A stretch of DNA of 34,989 nt. It comes from Acidobacteriota bacterium. GTDB taxonomy: Bacteria; Acidobacteriota; UBA6911. The stretch is from NCBI GenBank assembly GCA_049511215.1, contig JBEKYG010000002.1:1-34989 (forward strand). The letters are read 5' to 3'. The notes below the pieces were generated by a model. It searched no databases, was not told the DNA's origin, and was given only the letters and a program-made list of their open reading frames with translations. Below are positions 18,221 through 26,316 of this stretch, in pieces. The position numbers were made by a program, and so were the translations under genes. How positions within the stretch are numbered: the stretch's first letter is position 1; the number at the start of each line of letters is the position of its first letter.

Positions 18221-18287
18221 TTCGAAATTCGAGATTCGAGATTCGAAATTCTAAGATCTCGAATCTCGAATCTCGAATTTCGAATCG
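18221..18287. repeat. heptad-repeat hairpin (ATTCGAG/ATTCGAA units)
   Basis: TTCGAAATTCGAGATTCGAGATTCGAAATTC, a TAAG loop, then ATCTCGAATCTCGAATCTCGAATTTCGAATCG. This is a ~30-bp near-perfect stem starting 9 nt after the DUF4340 stop. Confidence 0.85.
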
Positions 18288-18302
18288 CCGAAGCATGCGA
18301 AC

Positions 18303-18331
18303 TTGAAATCTGGGCGTCGTTAGGCTAAGAT
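18303..18331 (+). promoter_or_regulatory. candidate sigma-70-like promoter of the rimP-nusA-infB operon
   Basis: TTGAAA (18303-18308), a 17-nt spacer, then TAAGAT (18326-18331). Confidence 0.4.
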
Positions 18332-18353
18332 CTCGGTCAGCTAGCTTTGAAAG

Positions 18354-18385
18354 AAGTGGGCTTGGTTCGCCCACTTTTTTATTTT
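18354..18385 (+). terminator. intrinsic terminator / attenuator in the rimP leader
   Basis: AAGTGGGC (18354-18361), loop TTGGTTC, GCCCACTT (18369-18376), running into TTTTTTATTTT (to 18385). It ends 12 nt before the rimP ATG. Confidence 0.7.
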
Positions 18386-18397
18386 GGGGTCATTGAA

Positions 18398-18883
18398 ATG
18401 ACGGCCGGGATGGAAATGAACCAGCGAGCAGGGCTGGAATCGAGGATTCAGAGCCTTGCCGAGCAACTTGCAGTTTCGATGGAGCTGGAGATCGTCCTCG
18501 TTGAAATCAGAGGTGGCGGCAATCGTCCCATAGTGAGAACATATATAGACCGTCCTGGAGGCGTTACCCTGGTTGATTGCGAGCGCTTCAGCAAGCGGCT
18601 TTCCGTGCTGCTGGATGTGGAAGACTGGATACCGTTTAGCTATACGCTGGAGGTGTCGTCGCCGGGATTGGATCGGCCCCTTGTAAGAGAAGCGGATTTT
18701 GAACGTTTCGCCGGAAAGAACGCCCGGGTGCGCACGCGTTCCCCGATTGGAGGGCAAAGAAACTTCAAGGGGAAGATTCTCCTCGTGGCCCAGGGCCGGG
18801 TGGAGCTGGAAGTGGCTCCGGGAAGGAAGGTCGACATTGCTGTTGGGGATATCGAAAAAGCGAATCTCATGATTGAGATTTAG
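18398..18883 (+). CDS. rimP: ribosome maturation factor RimP
   Basis: 161 aa from ATG 18398. The ORF-track start at 18347 lies inside the terminator hairpin. The SSPGLDRPL motif and the position upstream of nusA fit RimP. Confidence 0.8.
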   Translation: MTAGMEMNQRAGLESRIQSLAEQLAVSMELEIVLVEIRGGGNRPIVRTYIDRPGGVTLVDCERFSKRLSVLLDVEDWIPFSYTLEVSSPGLDRPLVREADFERFAGKNARVRTRSPIGGQRNFKGKILLVAQGRVELEVAPGRKVDIAVGDIEKANLMIEI

Positions 18884-18909
18884 GGGGCAGGCCCCGGGGG
18901 TTTTTAACT

Positions 18910-20418
18910 ATGTCGAACATCATCACTCAAAGCATCGAGCAGATTAGCAAGGAAAAGAATGTCGATCCGAAGGTCATCATCGATGCGCTAGAAGATGCCA
19001 TGGTGGCGGCATCCCGAAAATATTACAAGACCAACGAAGACATCAACGCGCGGTTTGACCCGGAAACGGGGATGGTGGAGATTTTTGCCGTATATCGCGT
19101 TGTCGAGCAAGTTGAAAATCCAAGCCTGGAAATCTCCCTGGAGGAAGCGAAGAAGATCGATGAGAGCCTGGGGCTGGACGATACGGTTGAGATGCCCAAA
19201 CCCATGGACGTTCTCGGACGGATTGCCGCGCAGACTGCGAAGCAGGTGATCTTGCAGAAGGTCCGGGAGGCCGAACGGCAGAATATCTACAACGAGTATT
19301 CCCAGAAGATCGGCGAACTGGTCAATGGAGTGATCAAACGCTTTGAGGGGCCGGACATGATTGTCGACGTCGGCAAGACCGAAGCCCTCCTGCCGCTACG
19401 CGAACAATCCCGAGCCGAAAACTACAAGCAGGGGGAGCGCGTGCGCGCCGTCATTGTCAAAGTTCTTCCCGTTGCCAAAGGACCGCAGGTGATCCTCTCA
19501 CGCACGGATGCACAGCTTCTGATCCGCCTGTTTGAGATGGAGATCCCGGAGGTTTATGACGGCACCATCGTGGTCAAGAACGCCGTCCACGAACCCGGAG
19601 ACCGCGCTAAGGTCGCGGTGGCCTCGATGGATCGGGATGTCGATCCGGTGGGTGCCTGCGTGGGCATGAAGGGCTCGCGCATCAACTCTATCATTCGCGA
19701 GCTGCGTGGCGAAAAGATCGATATTGTGCAATGGTCCGACGATCCGGCGCAGTACGCCGCGAATGCTCTGAATCCCGCTAAAATCTCCAAAGTGCTGATC
19801 ATCGATCCAGTCGAGAAACGAATGGAGGTAATCGTCGAGGAAAAGCAGCAGTCCCTGGCGATCGGCAAGAAGGGGCAGAATGTGCGTCTGGCATCCAAGC
19901 TCATCGGATGGCAGATCGACGTCAAGAGCGAGGAACAGAAGAAACAGGAGGTGCTCAGCGTTATGGAGTCCCTCACTTCGTCGTCTACCTCGCTGGGCGA
20001 GCTGGAAGGGATCAGCGACCGCATTATTGAGAAACTGCGTGAGGCTGGAATCGAGAACGTCGAGAGAATCCTCGAACTGGGAGAGAGCAAACTCGTCGAG
20101 ATCCCAGGCGTGGGTGAGAAGACAGCGGTCAAGATCATGGAAGCGGCGCGCGATCTCTTCGAGGAAGTAGAGATCGAGGTGCCCGAAGGCATCGAGCTGC
20201 CCACAGCCATTCAAGCTCCCGGCGCCCAGGGGACTGAGCCGCCGGCTCCAACGGGCGAGCCGGCGGCGCCGGAAGAAGAGGATCAAGCGGCGGAATCGGC
20301 AGGAGTAGGGGAAGCAGCAGAAACGGCGCAGGAAGCGGCACCACTCGCCAAAGAGCCGGGGAAAGAGGGTGAGTCCCAATCTCCCGAAGGGGAGGAAAAG
20401 GGTGAGGGTGTCGAGTAG
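18910..20418 (+). CDS. nusA: transcription termination/antitermination factor NusA
   Basis: 502 aa. N-terminal domain, S1 and KH regions (GACVGMKGSRINSI, IGKKGQNVRLASKL), HhH repeats, and an acidic C-terminal tail. Confidence 0.92.
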   Translation: MSNIITQSIEQISKEKNVDPKVIIDALEDAMVAASRKYYKTNEDINARFDPETGMVEIFAVYRVVEQVENPSLEISLEEAKKIDESLGLDDTVEMPKPMDVLGRIAAQTAKQVILQKVREAERQNIYNEYSQKIGELVNGVIKRFEGPDMIVDVGKTEALLPLREQSRAENYKQGERVRAVIVKVLPVAKGPQVILSRTDAQLLIRLFEMEIPEVYDGTIVVKNAVHEPGDRAKVAVASMDRDVDPVGACVGMKGSRINSIIRELRGEKIDIVQWSDDPAQYAANALNPAKISKVLIIDPVEKRMEVIVEEKQQSLAIGKKGQNVRLASKLIGWQIDVKSEEQKKQEVLSVMESLTSSSTSLGELEGISDRIIEKLREAGIENVERILELGESKLVEIPGVGEKTAVKIMEAARDLFEEVEIEVPEGIELPTAIQAPGAQGTEPPAPTGEPAAPEEEDQAAESAGVGEAAETAQEAAPLAKEPGKEGESQSPEGEEKGEGVE

Positions 20419-20449
20419 AAGACAGCGCGTAGAATAAGAGGCAAGATCC

Positions 20450-20612
20450 GAATGGCGCTTAAGTAAGGAGTCTAATTATGACCCTGAAAGGGTCCAGCAG
20501 GAAAGCCCAGGGCGTGAGCCCTGGGCTTTCCTGCCCCGCCCCTTTGGGGCTTAAACACTTGGTTTGGCGGCAAAACGAGGTGATTGCGGTCACTCTCAGT
20601 TAAGCGCCATTC
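20450..20612 (+). repeat. nested inverted-repeat / multi-hairpin element between nusA and infB
   Basis: The outer 13-bp perfect inverted repeat is GAATGGCGCTTAA (20450-20462) with TTAAGCGCCATTC (20600-20612). Inside is a 17-bp perfect stem, GCAGGAAAGCCCAGGGC-GTGA-GCCCTGGGCTTTCCTGC (20497-20534). It is flanked by ACCCT-GAAA-GGGT and GCCCC-TTTG-GGGC hairpins. Confidence 0.7.
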
Positions 20613-20780
20613 GTGACTGTCCCCAATCTCGCAACCGATTTCCGTCCTGCGCGCGACTTTGCCGGGGCCGTGATTGAGTTGACTGCGCGGTTGAAAAACG
20701 AGGTCTATTTGATTTAACATGGCCGATTGGACACCGCTCCGGTAGCAGGGTCACCCATAGGCTAGAGGTGCTTGGTCGAG

Positions 20781-23537
20781 ATGGATAAAATTACCGTCGC
20801 AGAGCTGGCGACAGAGTGTTCGGTTCAGAACGGGGTGATACTGTCTGAACTGAAACGGCTGGGGCTCTATGTGTTTTCACCCAGCGCTACGATTGACGCC
20901 AGTTTTGCCGAGACTATCCGCAAGAAAATCCTCTCGCAGCACGAAGCGGCGGAGGCCAAACGCGCGGATGCGGAAAAGAAAAAGGAGAAGGAAGCCGAAG
21001 CTGCGCGCAAAGCCGAGAAGAGGGCGACCAAAGAACCGGAGGCCGAGAAGAAGCCTGCTGTTCACAAGGCGTCCCCAAAGTCCGTAGCTGCCGCACCCGA
21101 GGCTGCCGTCTCCAAGGCGCCACCGCCGCGGAAGGCGAAGAAACCCGCTCCCATCGAAGTCAAGAAAGAGATCGAGGAGCCCGCGAGGCCGTCGCTGGCG
21201 CCCAGAAAAGGCCGCAAGCACTACGACCGTGAGACCTCAGGGCTGATAGAAGTGACTGCGGCCGAGGCTCGGAAGCCGCCTGATCAGCCCCCCTTGAGCG
21301 AAGCAGCTCGGGAGCAAGTCATCGTCGAGCCCGAGCCTGTCGCTGCGCCGCCGGAAGCCGCCGCGCCTCCCGTTGAAATTACGCCCGAAGAGTTGGAAAC
21401 GAAGCCCGAGGCTAAGCAGCCGGCAGCTTTGCCGCAGATCCCCGTCGAAGCGCCCGCCCCCTCCCCGGCTCCGCCTGCCGAGCCTACGCCGGCTGGGGAA
21501 CATGCCGCGCCGGCCGCGGAAGCCGGACCCACGCCGGGAATGGTCTCGAAGAAAGTCGTCGTCCGAAAGACCAAATCCAAGATTCTCATGCGCACCAGCA
21601 CGGAAAAAGTTGTTACTCCCGAGATCTCGGACCGTATCCTGCGAGGCCTGCGTGAGGAAAGACCCACTACCGCGCGAGCCGTTACTCCCGCGAAACCGTT
21701 CAGGAGAAAGAGACCTGACGTAGCGGAAGCCCCGGCCGCAAGAGTCGTGGAATTTCCACGTCCGCCTGTGTCACCAGAGGAGTTTAAGCCAATTAGCATA
21801 ACCGAAGGCGTGACGCTCAAAGAGCTTGCGGAGAAAATGGACATCAAGTCGAAGTACATCATCCAAAAGCTTATTTCCAAGGGAATCCTGGCTTCAATCA
21901 ATCAGACACTGGACCTCGACGTTGCCAAGGAAGTCTGCGCGGAGTTCGGGTTCAAGGCCGATGTCATCAGTTTCGAACAGGAAGCGGAGATCAAGCAGGA
22001 GGTGGTGGATCGGGCCGAAGATCATGTCTCCCGCTCGTCCGTGGTAACGATTATGGGCCACGTCGACCACGGCAAGACCTCGCTCCTGGACGCCATCCGT
22101 GAGACCAAGGTGGCGGCCTCCGAGGCTGGGGGAATCACGCAGCATATCGGCGCCTACCGTGTCGATATCAAAGGGCGCGGCATTACCTTCCTGGACACGC
22201 CTGGCCACGAGGCATTCACGTTGATGCGCGCGCGCGGCGCGCATGTGACGGACATCGTGGTTTTGGTGGTGGCAGCCGACGACGGGGTGATGCCCCAGAC
22301 GATCGAGGCGATCCACCATGCCAGGGCCGCCAACGTCCCCATCGTCGTCGCCATCAACAAGATCGACAAGCCCGGCGCCCAGGTGGATCGCGTCAAACAG
22401 TCTCTGTCCGACCAGGGGCTGCTGGCTGAGGACTGGGGCGGAGACGTGGTCATGGTTCCCGTCTCGGCCAAGATGATGACCAACCTGGATCTGCTGCTCG
22501 AGATGATTCTATTGGTGGCCGATATGAAGGACCTCAAAGCCAACCCCAAGCGACTGGCATCCGGAGTCGTTTTGGAAGCAAAAGTCGACAAGGGCCGCGG
22601 ATGCGTGGCCACCGTTCTGGTTCAAAACGGCACGCTGCATCTGGGAGACGCCTTCGTTGCGGGCGCAGTCCATGGCCGCGTCCGTGCTCTGATCAACGAT
22701 CGCAGCACCCACGACAGCGAAGCGGGGCCCTCTGTGCCGGTGGAGATCCAGGGATTGCAGGATCTGCCCCAGGCCGGAGACACATTCCAGGTTTTCGAGG
22801 ATGCCGCAAAGGCCCGGCAGGTGGCGGAGTACCGCCAAGCCAAGCTGCGCGAGCAATCGCTGCGCTCCTCGGCGCGCCTGTCATTGCAGGCTCTCTTCCA
22901 ACAGATGAGAGAGGGAAAAGTAAAGGAACTTCCGCTTATTCTCAAGGCTGACGTGCAGGGCTCCGTCGAAGTCCTTACCGACATGCTCAACAAGCTCAGC
23001 ACCGAGAAGGTCAAGGTACGCATCCTGCACGGCGGCGCCGGCGCCATTACGGAAACCGATGTGCTTCTGGCATCGGCTTCGAATGCCATCATCATCGGGT
23101 TTAGCGTTCGGCCTGAGCGCAAGGCTCAGGATCTCGCGGAGAGCGAAGGGGTCGAAATCCGGGTCTACACAGTCATCTATAATGTCGCGAACGACATCAA
23201 GAACGCGATGATCGGCATGCTCGAAGCCACGACTCACGAGAAATACCTCGGCCGCGCGGAGGTCCGCGACACCTTCAAGGTTCCCAAATACGGATTCATC
23301 GCGGGTTCCTACATCGTGGATGGACTGATCCGGAGAAACGCCGAGATCCGCCTCCTGCGCGACAACGTGGTGATCCACGAAGGCAGAATCGGTTCCCTGC
23401 GCCGCTTCAAGGATGATGTCTCGGAGGTCAAGTCCGGGTATGAGTGCAGAATCGCGTTCGAGCATTTTCCCGATGTCAAGATCGGAGACGTCATCGAGGC
23501 TTACATCATCGAAAAGGTTCAGCCCACATCACTCTGA
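20781..23537 (+). CDS. infB: translation initiation factor IF-2
   Basis: IF2_N-like N-terminus, an Ala/Pro/Lys/Glu-rich linker, G domain [12 protein letters not shown] / DTPGHEAF / NKID, and a C-terminal beta-barrel. ATG 20781 is preferred over the in-frame TTG 20772. Confidence 0.92.
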   Translation: MDKITVAELATECSVQNGVILSELKRLGLYVFSPSATIDASFAETIRKKILSQHEAAEAKRADAEKKKEKEAEAARKAEKRATKEPEAEKKPAVHKASPKSVAAAPEAAVSKAPPPRKAKKPAPIEVKKEIEEPARPSLAPRKGRKHYDRETSGLIEVTAAEARKPPDQPPLSEAAREQVIVEPEPVAAPPEAAAPPVEITPEELETKPEAKQPAALPQIPVEAPAPSPAPPAEPTPAGEHAAPAAEAGPTPGMVSKKVVVRKTKSKILMRTSTEKVVTPEISDRILRGLREERPTTARAVTPAKPFRRKRPDVAEAPAARVVEFPRPPVSPEEFKPISITEGVTLKELAEKMDIKSKYIIQKLISKGILASINQTLDLDVAKEVCAEFGFKADVISFEQEAEIKQEVVDRAEDHVSRSSVVTIMGHVDHGKTSLLDAIRETKVAASEAGGITQHIGAYRVDIKGRGITFLDTPGHEAFTLMRARGAHVTDIVVLVVAADDGVMPQTIEAIHHARAANVPIVVAINKIDKPGAQVDRVKQSLSDQGLLAEDWGGDVVMVPVSAKMMTNLDLLLEMILLVADMKDLKANPKRLASGVVLEAKVDKGRGCVATVLVQNGTLHLGDAFVAGAVHGRVRALINDRSTHDSEAGPSVPVEIQGLQDLPQAGDTFQVFEDAAKARQVAEYRQAKLREQSLRSSARLSLQALFQQMREGKVKELPLILKADVQGSVEVLTDMLNKLSTEKVKVRILHGGAGAITETDVLLASASNAIIIGFSVRPERKAQDLAESEGVEIRVYTVIYNVANDIKNAMIGMLEATTHEKYLGRAEVRDTFKVPKYGFIAGSYIVDGLIRRNAEIRLLRDNVVIHEGRIGSLRRFKDDVSEVKSGYECRIAFEHFPDVKIGDVIEAYIIEKVQPTSL

Positions 23538-23609
23538 GCGCGCCGGTCCTGGCGATCCGACACGCAGGGCGCAACGATCGAATTGACGCGGCCACTGCGG
23601 TTATAAATC

Positions 23610-23897
23610 ATGCCTATCGCTTACTGCGTCCTGGAAATCTATATCCCCTATTCCCAATCCCTCAAGGACAAGCGCATGGTGCTGCGCAAGGCCCAGGACC
23701 GGCTGCGAGCGCGCACAAGCTTCTCGATAGCCGAGATGGATCATCAGGATCTGTGGCAGAGGGCAACGCTCGCGGCCGTCACCGTCAGCTCCGACAACAG
23801 TACCCTGGAGCGGGTGACACAGCAGTTTGTGCGCGAGGCGGAGAATATCCTGGAAGACCTGCTCGTGGATTGCCAGGTCTCTTACATTGATCCTTAA
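23610..23897 (+). CDS. DUF503 (YlxP-like) protein
   Basis: 95 aa, starting MPIAYCVLEIYIPYSQSLKDKRMV. The infB-rbfA position is conserved for this family. Confidence 0.7.
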   Translation: MPIAYCVLEIYIPYSQSLKDKRMVLRKAQDRLRARTSFSIAEMDHQDLWQRATLAAVTVSSDNSTLERVTQQFVREAENILEDLLVDCQVSYIDP

Positions 23898-23913
23898 GCG
23901 AGATGGTGACATT

Positions 23914-23974
23914 CAGAATTGACGATTCACGATTGACGATTCACGATTGAAAAAGATTCATCCATCGTCAATTG
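23914..23974. repeat. heptad tandem array (GACGATT/CACGATT) with a short inverted partner
   Basis: CAGAATT GACGATT CACGATT GACGATT CACGATT GA spans 23914-23950. AATTGACGAT (23918-23927) pairs with ATCGTCAATT (23964-23973). Confidence 0.75.
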
Positions 23975-24000
23975 GGATGCCCCGTATTCGGTGAAATACT

Positions 24001-24354
24001 ATGCAACCGTCACGCAGACCCCAAAGGCTGGCATTGGAGATCCAGCACGAGATCAGCCTGATCCTCTCCCGTAACATGAAAGACCGGAGAATCGGGTTTG
24101 TCACGGTCACGGGGGTGGAAATGAGCTCGGATCTACGCCATGCCCGAGTTTATGTTTCCGCCATGGGGAGCGACCCCGATAAAAAGGCGAGCCTGGAAAC
24201 GCTCCATCATGCCACGGGATGGATCCGCCACGAGCTGGGACAGCGGATCCGCATGAAGTTCTTGCCCGAGATCGTTTTCCGCACGGACACATCGCAAGAG
24301 TACGGCGAACACATCGACCAATTGCTGGACCAAACCAACAAAACTGACGATTGA
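24001..24354 (+). CDS. rbfA: ribosome-binding factor A
   Basis: 117 aa. RVAEEI-type N-terminus (RLALEIQHEISLIL), FVTVTGVEMSSDLRHARVYVS, and the conserved operon position. Confidence 0.9.
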   Translation: MQPSRRPQRLALEIQHEISLILSRNMKDRRIGFVTVTGVEMSSDLRHARVYVSAMGSDPDKKASLETLHHATGWIRHELGQRIRMKFLPEIVFRTDTSQEYGEHIDQLLDQTNKTDD

Positions 24355-24368
24355 CATTTGACGATTGA
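24346..24368. repeat. heptad array GACGATT GACATTT GACGATT overlapping the rbfA stop codon
   Basis: Direct-orientation relative of the 23914-23950 array. Its inverted partner AATCGTCAATTC lies at 24649-24660, on the far side of composite element copy B. Confidence 0.65.
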
Positions 24369-24390
24369 AAGAAGAGTGATCATGTTGGGG

Positions 24391-24651
24391 ATTACTAATC
24401 AGTTCACAAATAAGTGGACATTTGATCCAAAAAAGAGGAGCTGGACGGGAGGTCACGTTCGCTCTGGATGGCGATCATCGGTATCGGAATCGGGGTCGCA
24501 GTCGCAATCGCAATCGGTGGTATGGGTCTGCAAAAGCCGATAGCGACTGCGATTGCGACCCCGATTCCGATACCGACCCCGACGGATATAGTGTTCTCCT
24601 TTCTTTTTGATACCACCAAATGTCAACCTGACTTATGAACTGATCAGTAAT
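24391..24651. repeat. composite palindromic element, copy B
   Basis: The shell is co-linear with copy A: ATTACTAATCAGTTCACAAATAAGTGGACATTTGATCCAAAAAAGAGGAGCTGGACGGGAGG ... GACGGATATAGTGTTCTCCTT ... AATGTCAACCTGACTTATGAACTGATCAGTAAT. The ~40-bp near-perfect 6-nt-period stem is GGTATCGGAATCGGGGTCGCAGTCGCAATCGCAATCGG with its complement. The centre GGGTCTGCAAAAGCC (24524-24538) is inverted relative to copy A. Confidence 0.8.
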
Positions 24652-24675
24652 CGTCAATTCGGTGTTGGGGTGACC

Positions 24676-25587
24676 ATGGATGGAGTGCTCATCGTCGACA
24701 AACCGGAGGGTTGGACGTCCCACGATGTGGTCGCCAAGGTGCGCAACATCACCAAGGTGAAAAAGGTGGGACACACCGGCACCCTGGATCCCTTTGCCAC
24801 CGGCGTTCTGCCGCTGACTCTCGGCCGGGCCACGCGCCTAACCAGCTATTTCCTCTCTTCCGATAAGACCTATCAAGGAATCATTCGTTTTGGCTTTGCC
24901 ACAGACACGTTTGATCGTGACGGCGAGCCGATCGGCAGAGATGCCTGCCCGCAGCTGGAGACAGCTCGCATCGAAGAGATCTTCACCCGTTACCTTGGAA
25001 CCGTCCGGCAGACCCAGCCGCCATTTTCGGCGAAGAAGATTCACGGCAAGCCAATGTACCAGTATGCCCGGAAGGGGGTTGTGCTCGACGCGGAGACCAA
25101 GGAAGTCACGATCAAATCGCTGAAACTGCAGAGTGTGCGAGGGAGCGAAGCGGAGTTCGAACTCATCTGCACTGCGGGGACCTATGCGCGCAGTCTGGCA
25201 CACGACGTCGGCCGGGACTACGGGTGCGGCGCCCATCTGATCCGGCTGCGGCGCACGCGCAGCGGGGAATTCCCCATCGAATCAGCCATACCCCTGAGCG
25301 AGGGCGACCGCTTCCATTCCCGCGACTTCTTTTCGGATCGCGTCATCTCGATGCGCGACCTGCTTCAGGAATTGCCCGCCATCCGGCTTTCATCCGGCGA
25401 CCGCGACAGGGTCAAGCACGGCATGGATCTGAATCTGCTCACCGCCTCCTGGGAGGCCGGCGAGTATCGACTGCTGGATGAGACCGGCGATCTGGTCGCC
25501 CTGGCCCAGCGCGTTCAGACGTTCGTTTCTCCGATCGCACAACCCGTCCGCTGGATCCGTGTCCACCCCCGAATCAACTTTGAATGA
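24676..25587 (+). CDS. truB: tRNA pseudouridine(55) synthase TruB
   Basis: ATG 24676 gives MDGVLIVDKPEGWTSHDVV...VGHTGTLDPFATGVLPL with the catalytic Asp motif. The ORF-track start at 24607 lies inside repeat copy B. Confidence 0.9.
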   Translation: MDGVLIVDKPEGWTSHDVVAKVRNITKVKKVGHTGTLDPFATGVLPLTLGRATRLTSYFLSSDKTYQGIIRFGFATDTFDRDGEPIGRDACPQLETARIEEIFTRYLGTVRQTQPPFSAKKIHGKPMYQYARKGVVLDAETKEVTIKSLKLQSVRGSEAEFELICTAGTYARSLAHDVGRDYGCGAHLIRLRRTRSGEFPIESAIPLSEGDRFHSRDFFSDRVISMRDLLQELPAIRLSSGDRDRVKHGMDLNLLTASWEAGEYRLLDETGDLVALAQRVQTFVSPIAQPVRWIRVHPRINFE

Positions 25588-25703
25588 TGTCGACAGCAGA
25601 GGGCCTCGGCACAGGACTGCCCGAGACCCTCGCCGATGTCAGGCTTGAAGCCTAGGTACTGCTCAATCACGATATGGCAAACGCGGATGCGGACAGGGTG
25701 CGG

Positions 25704-25994
25704 CTAGACGACCAGACGGTCCTTGATCCTCTGGAATTTCTTTTCACCTATTCCCTTGACGTTGAGTAGCTCCTCGATCTTGTTAAACTTCCCGGTTTTG
25801 GTTCGGTGTTCGATGATGGTCTTTGCCAGCGCAGGCCCGATTCCAGGCAACGTCTGGAGTTGCTCAGCAGACGCAGTGTTGATGTTTACCTTTTCGGTCA
25901 AGGCAGACTTCGACTTCTGTGCCAGAGCCGCTGTGGGAGCCAGAGCCAGGCACAGGATCAACACCCAGGCCAGTTGAAATCCATTTGCTCTCAT
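25704..25994 (-). CDS. ComEA-like helix-hairpin-helix DNA-binding protein with signal peptide
   Basis: ATG 25994, 6 nt after AGGAGGAG. MRANGFQLAWVLILCLALAPTAALA is a signal peptide. INTASAEQLQTLPGIGPALAKTII and LLNVKGIGEKKF are HhH motifs. Confidence 0.75.
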   Translation of the reverse strand: MRANGFQLAWVLILCLALAPTAALAQKSKSALTEKVNINTASAEQLQTLPGIGPALAKTIIEHRTKTGKFNKIEELLNVKGIGEKKFQRIKDRLVV

Positions 25995-26101
25995 CTTCTT
26001 CTCCTCCTGATGAATAAAGATCCATAGGGAAGAACGACGTCCTTCCCGTTCCACCTTCTCTAACTGCTCTTGACCGATTTGAGCGAATAAATCTTTACCG
26101 A

Positions 26102-26237
26102 CATCAGACCTCAGACCTCAGACCTCAGACCTCAGACCAAAAGGAAAGGGTCGGAGCCGGCAGTAGCGCTTTTGGCATCCTGAAGCGGTTCCTTGACTTT
26201 ATAGGTCTGATGTCTGAGGTCTGAAGTCTGAAGTCTG
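26102..26237. repeat. heptad-repeat hairpin (CAGACCT units) with 65-nt spacer
   Basis: Left arm CAT(CAGACCT)x4 CAGACC (26102-26138) and right arm GGTCTGATGTCTGAGGTCTGAAGTCTGAAGTCTG (26204-26237). It lies in the divergent comEA-like / TPR spacer. Confidence 0.85.
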
Positions 26238-26244
26238 GGGCGGT

Positions 26245-26274
26245 TTGACAGGCTTGGAAACGCTATGTCATAAT
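26245..26274 (+). promoter_or_regulatory. sigma-70-like promoter with extended -10 for the TPR gene
   Basis: TTGACA (26245-26250), an 18-nt spacer, then TGTCATAAT (26266-26274), about 43 nt upstream of ATG 26317. Confidence 0.45.
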
Positions 26275-26316
26275 TGGGTGTTTGTTTCTACTTCGGGAAA
26301 GGGAATCTGTCGTCCT

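Noticed and set aside
18221-18287. Whether the tandem/inverted short repeats could be CRISPR arrays.
   Set aside because: The units are 6-9 nt and directly abutting, with no unique spacers, no 24-40-nt repeats and no cas genes. The architecture is tandem arrays forming hairpins, not repeat-spacer arrays.
18221-18287. The dense GANTC and TCGA sites created by the ATTCGAG arrays, as possible methyltransferase or restriction target arrays.
   Set aside because: This is speculation. Other heptad families (CAGACCT, TTGGATT, GAAGCCA) lack these sites, and no methyltransferase or restriction gene is present in the window.
24383-24670. The 8-mer TGTTGGGG on both sides of composite element copy B (24383-24390 and 24663-24670), as a possible target-site duplication.
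   Set aside because: The right copy is separated from the element end by 11 nt that belong to the heptad-hairpin arm. Copy A shows no comparable duplication, so the match is ambiguous and may be chance.
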